Assembly (NCBI RefSeq): GCF_963921235.1
Contig: NC_086107.1
Span: forward strand, 112,222,001 to 112,286,000
DNA: 64,000 bases
Reading direction: 5' to 3'
DNA from: Mobula hypostoma
Lineage: Eukaryota
The translations under genes were made by a program, and so were the position numbers. Shown one piece after another: positions 35,913-48,231 of this stretch. Position 1 is the stretch's first letter. Each line of letters opens with the position of its first letter. The notes beneath the pieces were generated by a model. That model was not told the origin of the DNA. It was given only the letters and a program-made list of their open reading frames with translations, and ran no database searches.

Positions 35913-36901
35913 CTCTGGACAACAAAGACTTTGCTTCCTGAATACTTTTGGGTGTATCTTATGGATTTTGGACTGCTGATCATGGAAATCACCAATAAAT
36001 TTTCCTATCATGTCTCTTTTTTTAAAGTAATCGCCTATATTTGTTATTTCAATCCATAATTCAGGTCAATTAAAGTGTTGCCAACAATGTAAGCTGAAAA
36101 GCTTTCTATCTTGTCCAGGCATGCCCAGGCATACTTAGGCAGGGTGGATGCTGCCTGGCAGGATAGATTTTAGAAAGGCTATAAAAACACCACGCACTAA
36201 CCATTTTACGCTTTGCGTTTACCTGTATATCGGTTTGTGATCACGTTGATGCACATGCTCTACGTGCATAGCATATTTTGTGTACGCTTTATAATAAAGT
36301 AACAGTATTTTCAGGAGTACTTCTGTTTGCAAAATGTCTCACCAACATTTTATATAAAAGAATACAAAACATTCTTTTATATTTGTGGCAAGCATATGCT
36401 TAGATCTCAAAGACAGGGCATGACTCCTCTTATTAAGAGCGTCGATGAGCTCTACTTTTGCAGCAAAATTGGCGACCAAGACAAAGCTTGGGCTCCTCAC
36501 ATTTGTTGCATTCCCATTTAGATTTCTTCCCTGCAAATCTTGGTACTCTCAGTAACGATCATGGTGAAAGGATTCACTAGGACATTGCGGTCATGGAGAA
36601 ACGGTATCAGGGCAACTGGAATCCATCAATGCTGGCTGATTATTGTTGGACATTTAAGTGAAAAGCCTCAGACACTGAGTACAAATGAGAATCATCAACA
36701 AAACATTTTTAGCTTAGTTCTACTATTGCAAAGTGTCAATTAGCCAATTAAATGCATTATATGCAATGAGTTAATTTCTTGTTTTTTTTCCAAATTCCTA
36801 CGTGATACAAGTAGCCTGAAATTATATCTGTGTTCAGCTTCAAGCAGTCTATCATGAACAAAAAAAAAATTTTGAGGAAGCAACACTTTTGAAAAAATTT
36901 G
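35913..36901 (+). mobile_element. Internally deleted DNA transposon, CMC/Chapaev3-like
   Basis: FFYICGKHMLRSQRQGMTPLIKSVDELYFCSKIGDQDKAWAPHICC fused to LHSHLDFFPANLGTLSNDHGERIH*DIAVMEKRYQGNWNPSMLADYCW; partial terminal similarity (ttgcttcct / aggaagcaa). Confidence 0.7.
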
Positions 36902-37460
36902 GCAGTCCATGGCCTCCTTTACTGCTGCAATGAGGCCACACTCAGGTTGGAGGAGCATCACTTTATATTCCATCTGGGTAGCCTCCAACCTGATGACATG
37001 AACACTGATTTATCAAACTTCCAGTAATTGCACCCCTCCCTTCATCATTCCCCATTCCTGTATCCCTATCTCAGCTTATCTCCTTACCTGCCCATCACCT
37101 CCCTCTGATGCTCCTCCCCTTCCCTTTCATCCACGTTCTTCTGCCCTCTCCTGTCAGATTCCCCCTTCTCCAGTCCTTTAACTCTTTCACCAATCAACTT
37201 ACAAGCTCTTTCCTTCACCCCCTCCCCATCACCTGGTTTCACCTATCATCTACCACCTTGTACGTCTTCCTCCCCTCTCCCCCCCCCCCACCTTCTTACC
37301 ATGACTTCTCCTCTTTGTTTCCAGTCCCGATGAAGGGTCTTGGCCTGAAATGTCAACTGTTTACTCTTCTCCACAGATGCTGCCTGGCCTCCTGAGTCCC
37401 TCCAGCATTTTGTGTGTGTTGCTTTGGATTTCCAGCATCTGCAGATTTTCTTGTGTTTGC
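36902..37460 (+). mobile_element. Penelope-like 3' fragment plus pLTR
   Basis: VHGLLYCCNEATLRLEEHHFIFHLGSLQPD; degenerate hammerhead at 37322-37360. Confidence 0.85.
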
Positions 37461-37825
37461 AAAAAAAAATTGTTACCCTGTGAGCTATTAATCACAGAGT
37501 GGTACAACACAGAAACAAGTCCGTCAGACCATCATGTCCACGCCAACCTTATTGCCCAAATGCACTAATCTCGTTTGCCCACATTAGGCCAGTGTGGTCA
37601 TGGCTGTAAATTTTAATCTTCATAAAATCTGGGCAAAGTAAATGTCTAGAATGTTCAAAGCTTCAGTTGCTTGAACTGGAACACAAGTAAAAGTGTGGGC
37701 ATAATTATAAAATCAATAGCTTTTATCAAATAATTTTAATTATTAGAAAATTGTGGTCTGGGGTAGGGCAAGATGCCAGGCAAAACAAATTTTACAGAAG
37801 AGACTGCAGAAGGATTATAAAAAAA

Positions 37826-38130
37826 ATGCATCCATTAGTTTTGTGAGACCATGGATCTGCGCCTGGAAAGTCTTCACTCTCCAGGGCGCAGGCCTGGGCA
37901 CAGTTGTATGGAAGACCAGCAGTTGCCCATTCTGCAAGTCTCTCCCCTCTCCATGACACCAATGTTGTCCAAGGGGGCATTAGGACCCATACAGCTTGGC
38001 ACCAGTGTCGTCGCAGAGCAATGTGTGATTAAGTGCCTTGCTCAAGGACACAACTCGTTGCCACGGCTGGGGCTCGAACTCACAGCCTTCAGGTCACTAG
38101 TCCAATGCCTTAACCACTTGGCCACGTGCC
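37826..38130 (-). mobile_element. tRNA/CORE-like SINE
   Basis: Reverse copy of 7032-7335. Confidence 0.85.
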
Positions 38131-38658
38131 CACACAGAAAGATTATATGTTGGGGGATATCCAAGGTAAGGAACGAGACCACAGGATTCATGTTGCTTTC
38201 TAGTTCGGGATCCATGGTAGCGGGACAGTTAGCGCGGTACTATTACATCTCAAGGTGTCAGAGTTCAGAGTTCAATTCTGGCTTCCTCTGTAAGGAGTCC
38301 GTACACCCTCCCTGTGGGCGCGTGGATTTTCTCTGGGTGCGGCGGTCGCCATGGTGTCATGACCACAACCTTTTCCTCAAGGTCAGTGAAACCAAAGAGC
38401 TGGTCACTGAGTTCAGAAAGGTGGAGGGCAGTGGACCTGCTACTGAAAGCATTCTGTCTGGATGCTCAAAGGCTTGATATGACAGTTGCTCTGCGCCTGG
38501 CCACAAGAAACTGGAGGGAGCCATGAATGCTACTCAGTGCATCACAGGAACCAGCCTCCCCTCTATGGACATGGGAAAGTCTGCAGAGACTGGAAATCCA
38601 AAGCAACATGTGCTGGAGGAACTCAACAGGTCAGGCAGCATCTATGGAAATGAGTAAA

Positions 38659-38696
38659 CAGTCGACGTTTCAGGCTGAGACCTTTCTTCAGGACTG
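38659..38696 (-). ncRNA. Minimal hammerhead ribozyme in a pLTR fragment (about 38575-38720)
   Basis: cagtc-CTGAAGA-a-aggtctcagcct-GAAA-cgtc-gactg. Confidence 0.65.
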
Positions 38697-39014
38697 GAAA
38701 GGAAGGGGGAAGACACCAATTAAGACAAGGTCTCACTTCCTTCTCCGGTGACTGCAAGAGATCCCACAACACCATTTGCATGATGTCAGGGTTTGGGTAG
38801 TGGATGTGGATGCACCCTAACAAATATTGATCAACATCATAAAAAGGGATTATCATGTTATTATCAACTAATTGAAAAAGACACAGGAGCCATGGTGGTG
38901 TCTACTTAGGTTCTTCAGTGAGGCACTTGCATAATGATGGGGTGACGTAATGATGCAAGTCATTTACGTACTTTTACATCTAACACATAATTATGTAAAC
39001 AACAAAGACAACTT

Positions 39015-39355
39015 AATCAACAATATATTTACAAAGCAATACACAAAATGCTGGAGGAACTCAGCAGGTCAGGTAGCATCCATGGAAATGAATAAACAGT
39101 CGACGTTTCAGGCTGAGACCCTTCTTCAGGACTGAGAAGGAAGAGGAGAGACACCAGAATAAAAATGTGGAGGGAGGGAAAGAAGGACTAGAAAGAAGGT
39201 GGTAGTTGAAACGAGGTAGGTGGGAAAGGTGAAGAGCGAGAGAAGAAGGAATCTGATTGGAGAGGAGAGTTGACCATGGGAGAAAGGGAAGGAAGAGAGG
39301 ACTAAGGGAAAGTGATAGTCAGGTGTGTAGAGGTAAAAGGCCAGAGTGTGGAATA
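39015..39355 (-). mobile_element. Penelope-like pLTR/3' fragment
   Basis: acacaaaatgctggaggaactcagcaggtcagg... plus purine-rich tract. Confidence 0.85.
39097..39134 (-). ncRNA. Minimal hammerhead ribozyme in a pLTR
   Basis: cagtc-CTGAAGA-a-gggtctcagcct-GAAA-cgtc-gactg. Confidence 0.7.
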
Positions 39356-39529
39356 TATTTATAATATTACTGAAATATTAAATATATTGCAGTTAAACCC
39401 ATAAAAGTGAGTCCATAGGTTGTGTTCAGTCATCAGTTCAGTGTTGTGGTGAGTGATGCTGTCCTCACGAGTTCAGTCTATCTGGCTTCCAATATTAAAA
39501 TAGAGTATTGTATTTCATTGCCTGTGAAA

Positions 39530-39952
39530 AGATTCAAGATTGTTTAATGACATTTCCTGTGTGCAAGTGTAAAGGAAAATGAAATAATTGTTACTCCAGA
39601 GCTGATGCAGCCAAAAAAAAGCACAGAAGATAAAGAATACAAAAATAATTTTAAAAACACAATAATTATAAATATGTAAGATAACTTATATACATAGATT
39701 GATCGCAGGTCCATAAAGTGACTCTAGGCTATACATAAGGTGACTGACAGGAAATAATAAAGAAGAGGTGGGTTAGTGGGTGGAGGTGTTGATCAGCCTT
39801 ACTGCTTGAGGAAAGGAACTGTTTTTGAATCTGGTGGTTATGGTGTGGATGCAACGTAGCCTCCTCACTGATAGGACTGGGACAAACAGTCCATGAGCAG
39901 GGTGGGTAGGATCCTTCATGATGTTACTGGCCTACTTCTGGCACCTTTCTAT
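39530..39952 (-). mobile_element. Rex1/Babar-type LINE 3' fragment
   Basis: Reverse NIMKDPTHPAHGLFVPVLSVRRLR; same family as 30080-30490. Confidence 0.8.
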
Positions 39953-39961
39953 ATTTAAGTC

Positions 39962-40310
39962 AATACTCACAACACGCTGGAGGAACTCAGCAGGTTGGGC
40001 AGCATCTGTGGAAAAGAACGGTCGACGTTTCAGGCCGGAACCCTTCGTCAGGACTGAAAAGGGAGGGGGCAGAGACCCTATAAAGAAGGCTGGGGGGAGG
40101 GTGGGAAGGAGAAGGCCGGTAGGTTCCAGGTGAAAAACCAGTAAGGGGAAAGATAAAGGGGTGGGGGAGGGGAGGTAGGGAGGTGATAGGCAGGAAAGGT
40201 GAAGAAAGAATTGGGGAAACACAATGGGTAGTAGAAGGAGGCGGAACCAAGAGGGAGGTGGTAGGCAGCTGGGGGAGGGGGCAGAGTGACATAGGGATAG
40301 GGGAAGGATA
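39962..40310 (-). mobile_element. Penelope-like pLTR fragment, same subfamily as 27972-28535
   Basis: Near reverse complement of 28200-28535; hammerhead core ctgacga...gaaacgtc at about 40020-40056. Confidence 0.85.
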
Positions 40311-41368
40311 AATCATTACCTACCTATTTCCTCAACACTACCTGCCCCTCCACCAATCTCCATATCATCTGCAAACTTGGAAACAAAGCCATCTATTCCA
40401 TTATCTAAATCATTGATGTACAGCAAAAAAAGAAGTGGTCCCAACACTGAACCCCAACAGAAGACCACGAGTTACTGGCAGCCGACCAGGAAAGGATCCT
40501 TTCATTCCCACTCACTGCCTCCTACCAATCAGCTAATGCTGCAACCATGCCAGTAACTTTCCTGTAATATGATGTGCTCGTAACTTGGTAAGCAGCTTCA
40601 TTTGTGGGACCTTGTCAAAAGGCCTTCTGAAAGTCCAAATATACAACATCCACTGCATCCCCTTTATCTATCCTACTTGTAATCTCCTCAAAAAAACTCC
40701 AACAGGTTTGTCAGACAAGATTTTCCCTTAAGGAAGCCATGCTGACTTTGTCCTATCTTGTCCTCTGTCTCCAAATACTCCATAATCTCATCCTTAACAA
40801 TTGACTCCAACAACTGAAGTCAGGCTAACTGTTCTATAATTTCCTTTCTGCTGCCTTCCTCCTTTCTTAAACAGTGGAGTGACATTTGCAGTTTTCCAGT
40901 CCTCTGGCACCATGCCAGAGTCCAATGATTTTTGAAAGATCATTACTAATGTCTCCATAATCTCTACCGCTAGCTCTTACAGAACCCCACGGTGTAGTTC
41001 ATCAGGTCCTGGTGACTTATGTACCCTTAAGTCTTTCATCTTTTTGAGCACCTTCTCCTTTGGAATAGGAACTGCACCCTTCAACATCTGGCACACTGCT
41101 AGTGTCTTCCACAGTGAAGACTGATGCAAAATACTCATTTACTTTACCTGCTATCCTCCTTGCCCCCATTATTATTTCTCCACCCTCATTCTCTAGTGGT
41201 CCTATATCCACTCTCATCTCTCTTTTACTTTTTACATACCTTAAAAGCTTTTACTATCCACTTTGATATTGTTTGCTAGCTTGCTTTCATATTTAATATT
41301 CTCCCTCCTAATGATTCTTTTAGTTGCTCTCTGAAGGTTCTTAAAAGCTTCCCAATCCTCCATCTTCC
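40311..41368 (-). mobile_element. Degraded CR1 LINE, RT N-terminal to core region
   Basis: VDIGPLENEGGEII...NEYFASVFTVED; reverse DFQKAFDKVP-like and KFADD motifs. Confidence 0.85.
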
Positions 41369-42389
41369 ATAGATCTCATTATCTCATGTTCTTGTTATTT
41401 ATTGCTTTTTAGTTATATTTGCATTTGTACAGTTGTTGTCTTCTGCACTCTGGTTGATCTCTCATTGATCCTGTTAGAGTTACTATTCTATAGATTTCCT
41501 GAGTAAGCCCGCAAGAAAAATTAATCTCAAGGTTGTATATCTACTTTGGTAATAACATATACTTTGAACTTCGAACATTTACACCACTCTAGGTAAGGAA
41601 GACAGATTCCCCTACCTGTCAGACATTAGTGAACTGATTTTTGTTCCTTTTTGCAACCTTCCCTTTCTCTTGACTCAATTTCCAGTTTATTGTCTGCTGA
41701 CTGCACAACCAAACAAAACAACGTTCCTCTGAACCACAGTGCACCCACAAAACATATATCACACCAAGGACATTAAACAAAATATTAACAAAAACTAGCT
41801 AATAAAATATAATTTTAAAAATGCATGTGAAGTGTGCCACGCAGGTAAACAATAAACAGCTTACTGTCCCAGTGACGAGACCTCGGTGGTGGCAGGGTAT
41901 TCATTAGTCTCACAGCCTGAGGGAAGAAGCTGTTACCCAGTCTGGCAGTCCTAGTCCTGGTGCTCCTGTACCTCCTGCCTTACGGTGGTGGGTCAAAGAG
42001 ATTGTGGGATGGGTGCTAGGGATCCACATGGACGACACCCAGGTCAGGAATGGACCTGGGTCTCGGGAATTGCTACGAGCTGAGTCATCGAGGTGCTACG
42101 CAGGACGGTGCAATCGATAATCTGCTGCAGGAAATCGGCCGGTCGGGCAGCACCTGCGGGAAGAAAGGATTTGCCGACATTTCGGGTCGAAACCCTGCAT
42201 CAGAACTGAGAGAGGAGTGAAGAGATGGCCACTGTATAGAGGGGGAAGGGGGCAGTGGTGAAACAGCGGCCGCATCAATTGGTGAACTAGGGAGGGATGG
42301 TAGGTAATACCTGGTTGGGGGGAGGGGGGGCAGACAGTGACAGGTGAATGATAGATTGAGGCCAACAAGGAGAAATAGAGGAAAAATTA

Positions 42390-42960
42390 TAGACATAAGA
42401 GGTTCTGCAGATGCTGGAAATCCCGCGCGACACGCACAAAACAACACAGACAAACCGCTGGAGGAACTCAGCAGGTCAGGCAGCATCTATGGACAAGAGT
42501 AAACAGTGGAGGTTTCAGGCCGAGACCCTTCATCAGGACAGAGAAGGAAGGGCGGAGATGCCTGAATTAAAAGGTGGGGTGAGGGGAAAGAGGCTGGTTG
42601 AAAGGTGGTGGGTGAAGCCAGGTGGGTGGAAAAGGTCAAGGGCTGGGGAAGGAGGATGTCTGATAGGAGAGGAGAGTGAACCGTAGAAGAAAGGAAAGGA
42701 GGAGGGGACCCTGGTGGAAGGGATAGGCAAGTGAGAAGAGGTGAAGGGTCAGAGTGGGGAATCTTGTGCACCATAACGAGAAATCAATATTCACACCATA
42801 AGTTTGAGGATACCCAGACTGAATATAAAGTGTTGTTCCTCCACTCTGAAGATAGGCTCATCGTGGCACAAGGGGAGGCCGTGGACCGACATGTTGGAAT
42901 GGGAATGGAAATCAGAATTAAAATCTTGGCCACCGGGAAGCCCTGCTTGTGGAGGGAGGT
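42390..42960 (-). mobile_element. Penelope-like 3' fragment plus pLTR
   Basis: FNSDFHSHSNMSVHGLPLCHDEPIFRVEEQHFIFSLG. Confidence 0.85.
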
Positions 42961-43917
42961 GTGGATGTGCTCGACACAAAATACTGGAGGTCAGGCAGCA
43001 TCTATGGAGAGGAATAAAATGAAGTGTTGACTGTTTATTCATTTTCATAGATACCAGCTGACCTGCTGAGTCCCTCCAGCGCTTTGTATGTGTTGCTCAA
43101 AAAATAATAGATGAGTCTCTGTAACAGAGAAATTTCATCATAAATATTGGAAGCCAATGCATGCTCTGGTATTTTCAATTTTTAACCATTCCCAGGAGAT
43201 GAATTGTCCTTCTGGCAATCATTAGCTATCATGTTCAATTGTCATTCAACTATACATGATACAGCCAAACAAAACTGTGTTACTCTAGGGCAAAGTTGCA
43301 AAACATAGAACCCAAATTCATACTCAGCGCAAGACACCTATAGCACATATAAGATAGAGGTAAATAGTCACACAGCAAGAGCAATATAGTTCGAATCCCT
43401 GAGGCCATGAATGTTGCAGCAGTCTGCAATCAAACACGGTACAGCTTGTCTTCTGCTGAGTGTACACTGGAGGGCAGCGCTGATGCCACCAGCATGGACG
43501 CCTGACCACACTGCTTCTGGCACCGAATCCAACGCCTTCTCTTCTCAATGGCAGCAAACTAGCAAGTCCGCAGCTTGAGGTCTAGTCCTCGCTATAACCA
43601 AGGACGTGCAGCTCCCCTGCCATTCACCAACAAACCAGCAAAGCTGACTTGCAGCATTCCACGTTACCAATGTCCAACAGAGTCTTGCGACCACAAGAAA
43701 AGCAACTAAGGCAATCACACCAGCTTCGCGCACTGACTCAGATGCCTTTCTGCCGCAGGCAGCAGCACCGTCCACAGCAAGCCCAGCTCCTTCCGTTTCC
43801 CCGCCGGCGAGCAACCCGTTTATGGGCTAGACCCGCAGAACTTTACGTTCTTAACGTTCAGCAGGGTCTCGCAGTCATAAAAAAAATACTTTTAACTAAG
43901 ACAATAATGCCTTTGCA

Positions 43918-44146
43918 GCACACACAAAATGCTGGAGGAACTCAGCAAGCCAGGCAGCATCTATGGAAAAGAGTAAACAGTCGACGTTTCGGGTTGAAAC
44001 CCTTTATCATGAGTCCTGCCAAAGGGTCTCGGCCGGAACGTCGACTGTTTACCCTTTTCCGCAGATGCTGCCTGACCTGCTGAGCTCCTCCAGCATTTTG
44101 TGTGCGTTACTCTGGGTTTCCAGCATCTGCAGATTCTCTTGTGTTT
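43918..44146. repeat. Inverted pair of Penelope pLTR ends (palindromic unit)
   Basis: cacacaaaatgctggaggaactcagc...cagtcgacgtttc / gaacgtcgactg...gctgagctcctccagcattttgtgtg. Confidence 0.85.
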
Positions 44147-45061
44147 TCGATTTATGAGGAAGCTGGATAAACCAATAAAGGAAAAAAGAATAGAGGGTGA
44201 TGTTTTTGGAGAGTAGGGGGTTTGATGATCATGGATGGCTAGAGGCTAACGAGGAGCAGAAAGGAGATGGTGGTTCCATGGTAGCGTAGCAGTTAACGAG
44301 ACACTATAATAGCCAAGGGTGACGGAGTTCAGATTTCAATTTCAACATCATCTGTAAGGAGTTTGTACGTCTTCCCTGTGGAATCCGTGGGTTTCCTCTG
44401 GGTGCTCCAGTTTCCTCCCACAATCCAAAGGCATACCGGTTGGTGGGTTAATTGGTCATTGTAAATTGTCCCATGATTAGGCCGGGGTTAAATTGGGGGT
44501 TGCTGGGCGGCGGGGCTCAGAGTGCTGGAAGGGCCCACTCTCTAAAAATAAACGCACACAGAGCTACTGAGCTAAGCGTTCCTGCACCATGCTGGAAGCC
44601 CAAAGTCATTCCCTGAAACATAAATTTGCAGAACTGCCTGTCAGAAATTAATGCATCAATTGAGCTTGAGTTAGTTGCAACCAAACAGTTAGTGAATAGT
44701 GCTGTTATGTTTTATACAAATGCTGATGCTCTCATTAGACCATTTAGGAATCAACATTTAATTAACTCTCATCGGTTACAATACATCAGTCCCGGATCAC
44801 ACACATGCAGCCCTCCCACTGGCACCTCTTTCCACCCAAACCCTCACAACGGTTTGACTATCGCATTTTACATCAATGGAGAGCTCTACTCTGTGTCTGG
44901 ACCATTGGCGGGCGAGTGGAGAGGAGAAGGCAGAAAGGAGAGTGGAGAGAAAGCTTCACTTTGGGCACTCCGTGGCCACTTTCTTTCTCCCAGGGTAGGA
45001 GAGTCTGGGACTAGAAGGCATTGATTTAAGGTGAGAGGGGAAACATTTAAAGGGGGCCCGA

Positions 45062-45560
45062 GGACCATTGCCATCATCCTGACAAGTTGCATCTCCATCT
45101 GGTATGGGAGCAGCCAAGCATTGGACCGGAAGCTGAAGTCCCTACAAAAGACTGTGAGAACGGCTAAGACGATCATAGAGATCTCCCTACCATCCATCGG
45201 GGACAGCTATCAAAAGCGCTGTGTATGCTGGGCCCTTAATATTATCAATGATCCCACCCATCCATCCAGCATCCTCTTTGACTTCCTACCATCAGGCAGG
45301 AGACTCCGATGCATAAAGACAAGAATGGTCAGGATGGGAAACAGTTTCTTCCCTCAGGCCATTAGGCTTCCGAACTCCCCACCGCATCGCATTCGAAGTG
45401 TCACTGGTTAATCTGCTCTGTAATTTACAATGTTTAATCTATGCACTTCACTTTGTTTATTTATGCGCAATTCATTTGTAGATATTATCCTTACTTTCAT
45501 AAGTTATAATGTATTACATGTGTGTTATGTATACTACTGTGCTTTACACCCTGGTCTGAA
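45062..45560 (+). mobile_element. Rex1/Babar-type LINE 3' fragment
   Basis: ILTSCISIWYGS...IINDPTHPSSILFDFLPSGRRLR. Confidence 0.85.
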
Positions 45561-46087
45561 GAAGCGTCTTGTTTGGCCAACCGTAAGCATATGGGACCAT
45601 TTCAGGTAGGCAGCTTGGTCAGTATGGTCAAGTTGTGTGGAAGGTATATTTCTATGGTGATAAGCTAACTGATAAGCTGCCTGATAGATCTTGTTGGAAT
45701 ATGAATTAAGTTTCGCTCTCTCCCAGGGAACCCTTAATTAAAGTGGAACCATCAGACCTATTGATTCTTTCCACGTCTGTGGAAGTGTGCCTTAACTTGG
45801 CAGCAGTGCACAACAGTGTCACCAAACACCTGCTGAAAAAAGTATATCAGGTAAAAGCCTGAGGAAGAAATATTGGGAATGAATGTTGGGGATGGATATT
45901 GAGAACAAACATGGGTACATTCGATCAATTGTACCTCACACCCAGTAAACATGGACTTTGGTCCTTTTTATCAGTGGATCTCTTCCAGATAATCGCAAAT
46001 GAATAATGTATTCTCTGCATCTCATCTTTTCTCAGTGGGGGTATATCTTCATTAGAAGTCATCCACTGAAATCTCCTTTTAAGATAC

Positions 46088-46636
46088 AGACAGTTGTCAC
46101 CTTATTAGCTACCTCCTGGACCTAATAAAGTGGCCACTGAGTGTATGTTTGTGGTCTTCTGCTGCTGTAGCCCGTCCACTTCAAGGTTGGATGTGTTGTA
46201 CATTCAGAGACGCTGGTTTGCACACCACTGTTGCAATGTGTGGTTATTTGGGTTACCGTCACCTTTCTGTGTGCTTGAACCAGTCTGGCCATTCTCATCT
46301 GACCTCTCTCATTAACAAGGCGTTTTCACCCACAGAACTGCTGCTTGCTGGCTTTTTTTTTTGTTTGTTTTTTTTTACACCATTCTCTGTAAACTCTAGA
46401 ATCCGTTGTGTGTGAAAATCCCAGGAGATCAGCGGTTTCTGACACCAACAATCATTCTACAGTCAAAGTCACAGATCACATTTCTTCTCCGTTCTGATAT
46501 TTGAACAACTGAACCTCTTGACCATGTCTACTTACTTTTATACATTGAATTGCTGCCACATGATTGGCTGATTAGATACTTGCATTAATGAGCAAGTGTG
46601 CAGGCATACATAATAAAGTAGCCAATGGGTGTATAC
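46088..46636 (-). mobile_element. Non-autonomous Tc1-derived element
   Basis: Reverse copy of 24980-25554 with taataaagtggccactgagtgta TIRs. Confidence 0.85.
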
Positions 46637-46749
46637 CTCTGTTAGGTCACCCTTAAGATTCATATCCACCAGTGAAAAATGCCCCATCTTTTCCCATCTG
46701 TCCTTGTAACTCAATGCCTCTATTCCTGGTATTGTCTTTGTGAACCTTT

Positions 46750-47385
46750 CAAAGTTCTAAGTACATGTATTATGAAAGTACATTATGTTTATATCACCAC
46801 GTACACGCCCTGACATTTGTTTTCTTGCAGGCATACTCAGTAAATCCAAGAACCATAATAGAATCAATGAAGACCACTCCCAACAGGATGGACAAGCAAC
46901 TAATGTGCAAAATACAACAAGCTGTGCATGTATGAATAAATAAACAAATAAGCACTAAAATACCAAGAACAAGATGAAGAGTCCTGGAAAGTGCGTCCAT
47001 AGGTTATGGGAACAGTTCAGTGATGGGGCATGTGAAGTTGTCCCACTGCTTCAAGAGCCTGATGGTGGAGGGGTAATAACTGTTCCTCAATCTGGTGGTT
47101 TGAGTCCTGAGGCTCCTGTGACTTTTTCCTGAGAGCTTGACCTGGGTGGTGGATCCTGCGACAGCACTCTGTGTAGATATGCATGCATCTTTGCTGTCCC
47201 GATGTTCTAGGGTCGAGTGAAGAGACAACGAAATGGCATCTGCTGCGGACCAGTTGTGCCGGTAGGCAAACTGGAGCAGATCCAAGTTGCTTCTCAGGCA
47301 GGTGTTGATATGTTTCATCACCAACCTCTCAAATCACTTCCTCACAGTGGATGTAAGTTCTACCTGACTATAGTCAATGAGGCAC
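46750..47385 (-). mobile_element. Rex1/Babar-type LINE fragments
   Basis: LDLLQFAYRHNWSAADAISLSLH and RSLRTQTTRLRNSYYPSTIRLL plus 3' UTR. Confidence 0.8.
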
Positions 47386-48231
47386 CCTTTCAAGCCTAAT
47401 AACATCCTTACAAAGACCGAGTTAGATATGTGGGCTGAGATGGTGTGGTGAGAGTTATTATATTATCCCCTCACTGATTGGGTCTGTTTTCTTATGTGGG
47501 TGCAGAAAATCAGTAGAACATGAAGACCAGTAGGAGCTTTCTCTCTGGAGGCCTTGGTTAATATTCCTCTTTCAGTAAAGATTAGCTTCTTTTGGCACAC
47601 ATACATCAAAACATCGAAATATTCAGTGAAATACATTGTTCGTGCCAACAACAAAGTCCAAGAATGTGCTGGGGGCAGCCCACAAGTGTTGCCATGCTTC
47701 CAGTGCCAATGGAACATGCCCACAACTTTCTAACTAACCTGTATGGTACCTCTTTGGACTGTGGGAGGAAACCAGAGCACCTGGAGGAAACCCCGTGGTG
47801 AGGGAGCAGGGTTAGCATACAAACTACTTACAGACAGCAATGGGAATTTAACCTCGATCTTATGGCTGTAAAGTGTTATGCTAACCGCTACACTACCAAG
47901 TGTTACCGCACTAAAACATGTTATTCGGTTAACATTGATTTCCTGTTTGTGGAAGCTCACTGCTGACAGTTTCTCTGATGCTTTTCCCTGTCCTGTGTTG
48001 TTTTTCCAACAACAATGACTAATTATTAACAAAGAGTATGTAATTGTCTCTAAGAAGTGTGTCGGCAGTAACCCCAGAAGAAGAAGGGTATAGTAAACTA
48101 TTCTAGATTAGTTTACAAAAGCAAAGATTTATGTCAGAGATTAAAGAAAATATGAAACTCCACCAGTTCCAATCTCATTGAAGATTTCAGTTTTCTCAGG
48201 ATCATTGTCGGGAGACTGACATAGATCACTG

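Noticed and set aside
37851..38477. 208-aa ORF
   Set aside because: Antisense read-through of SINE and LINE fragments; no recognisable domain
44626..45024. 132-aa ORF in a unique island
   Set aside because: No recognisable protein similarity or splice signals; ends in CR1 sequence
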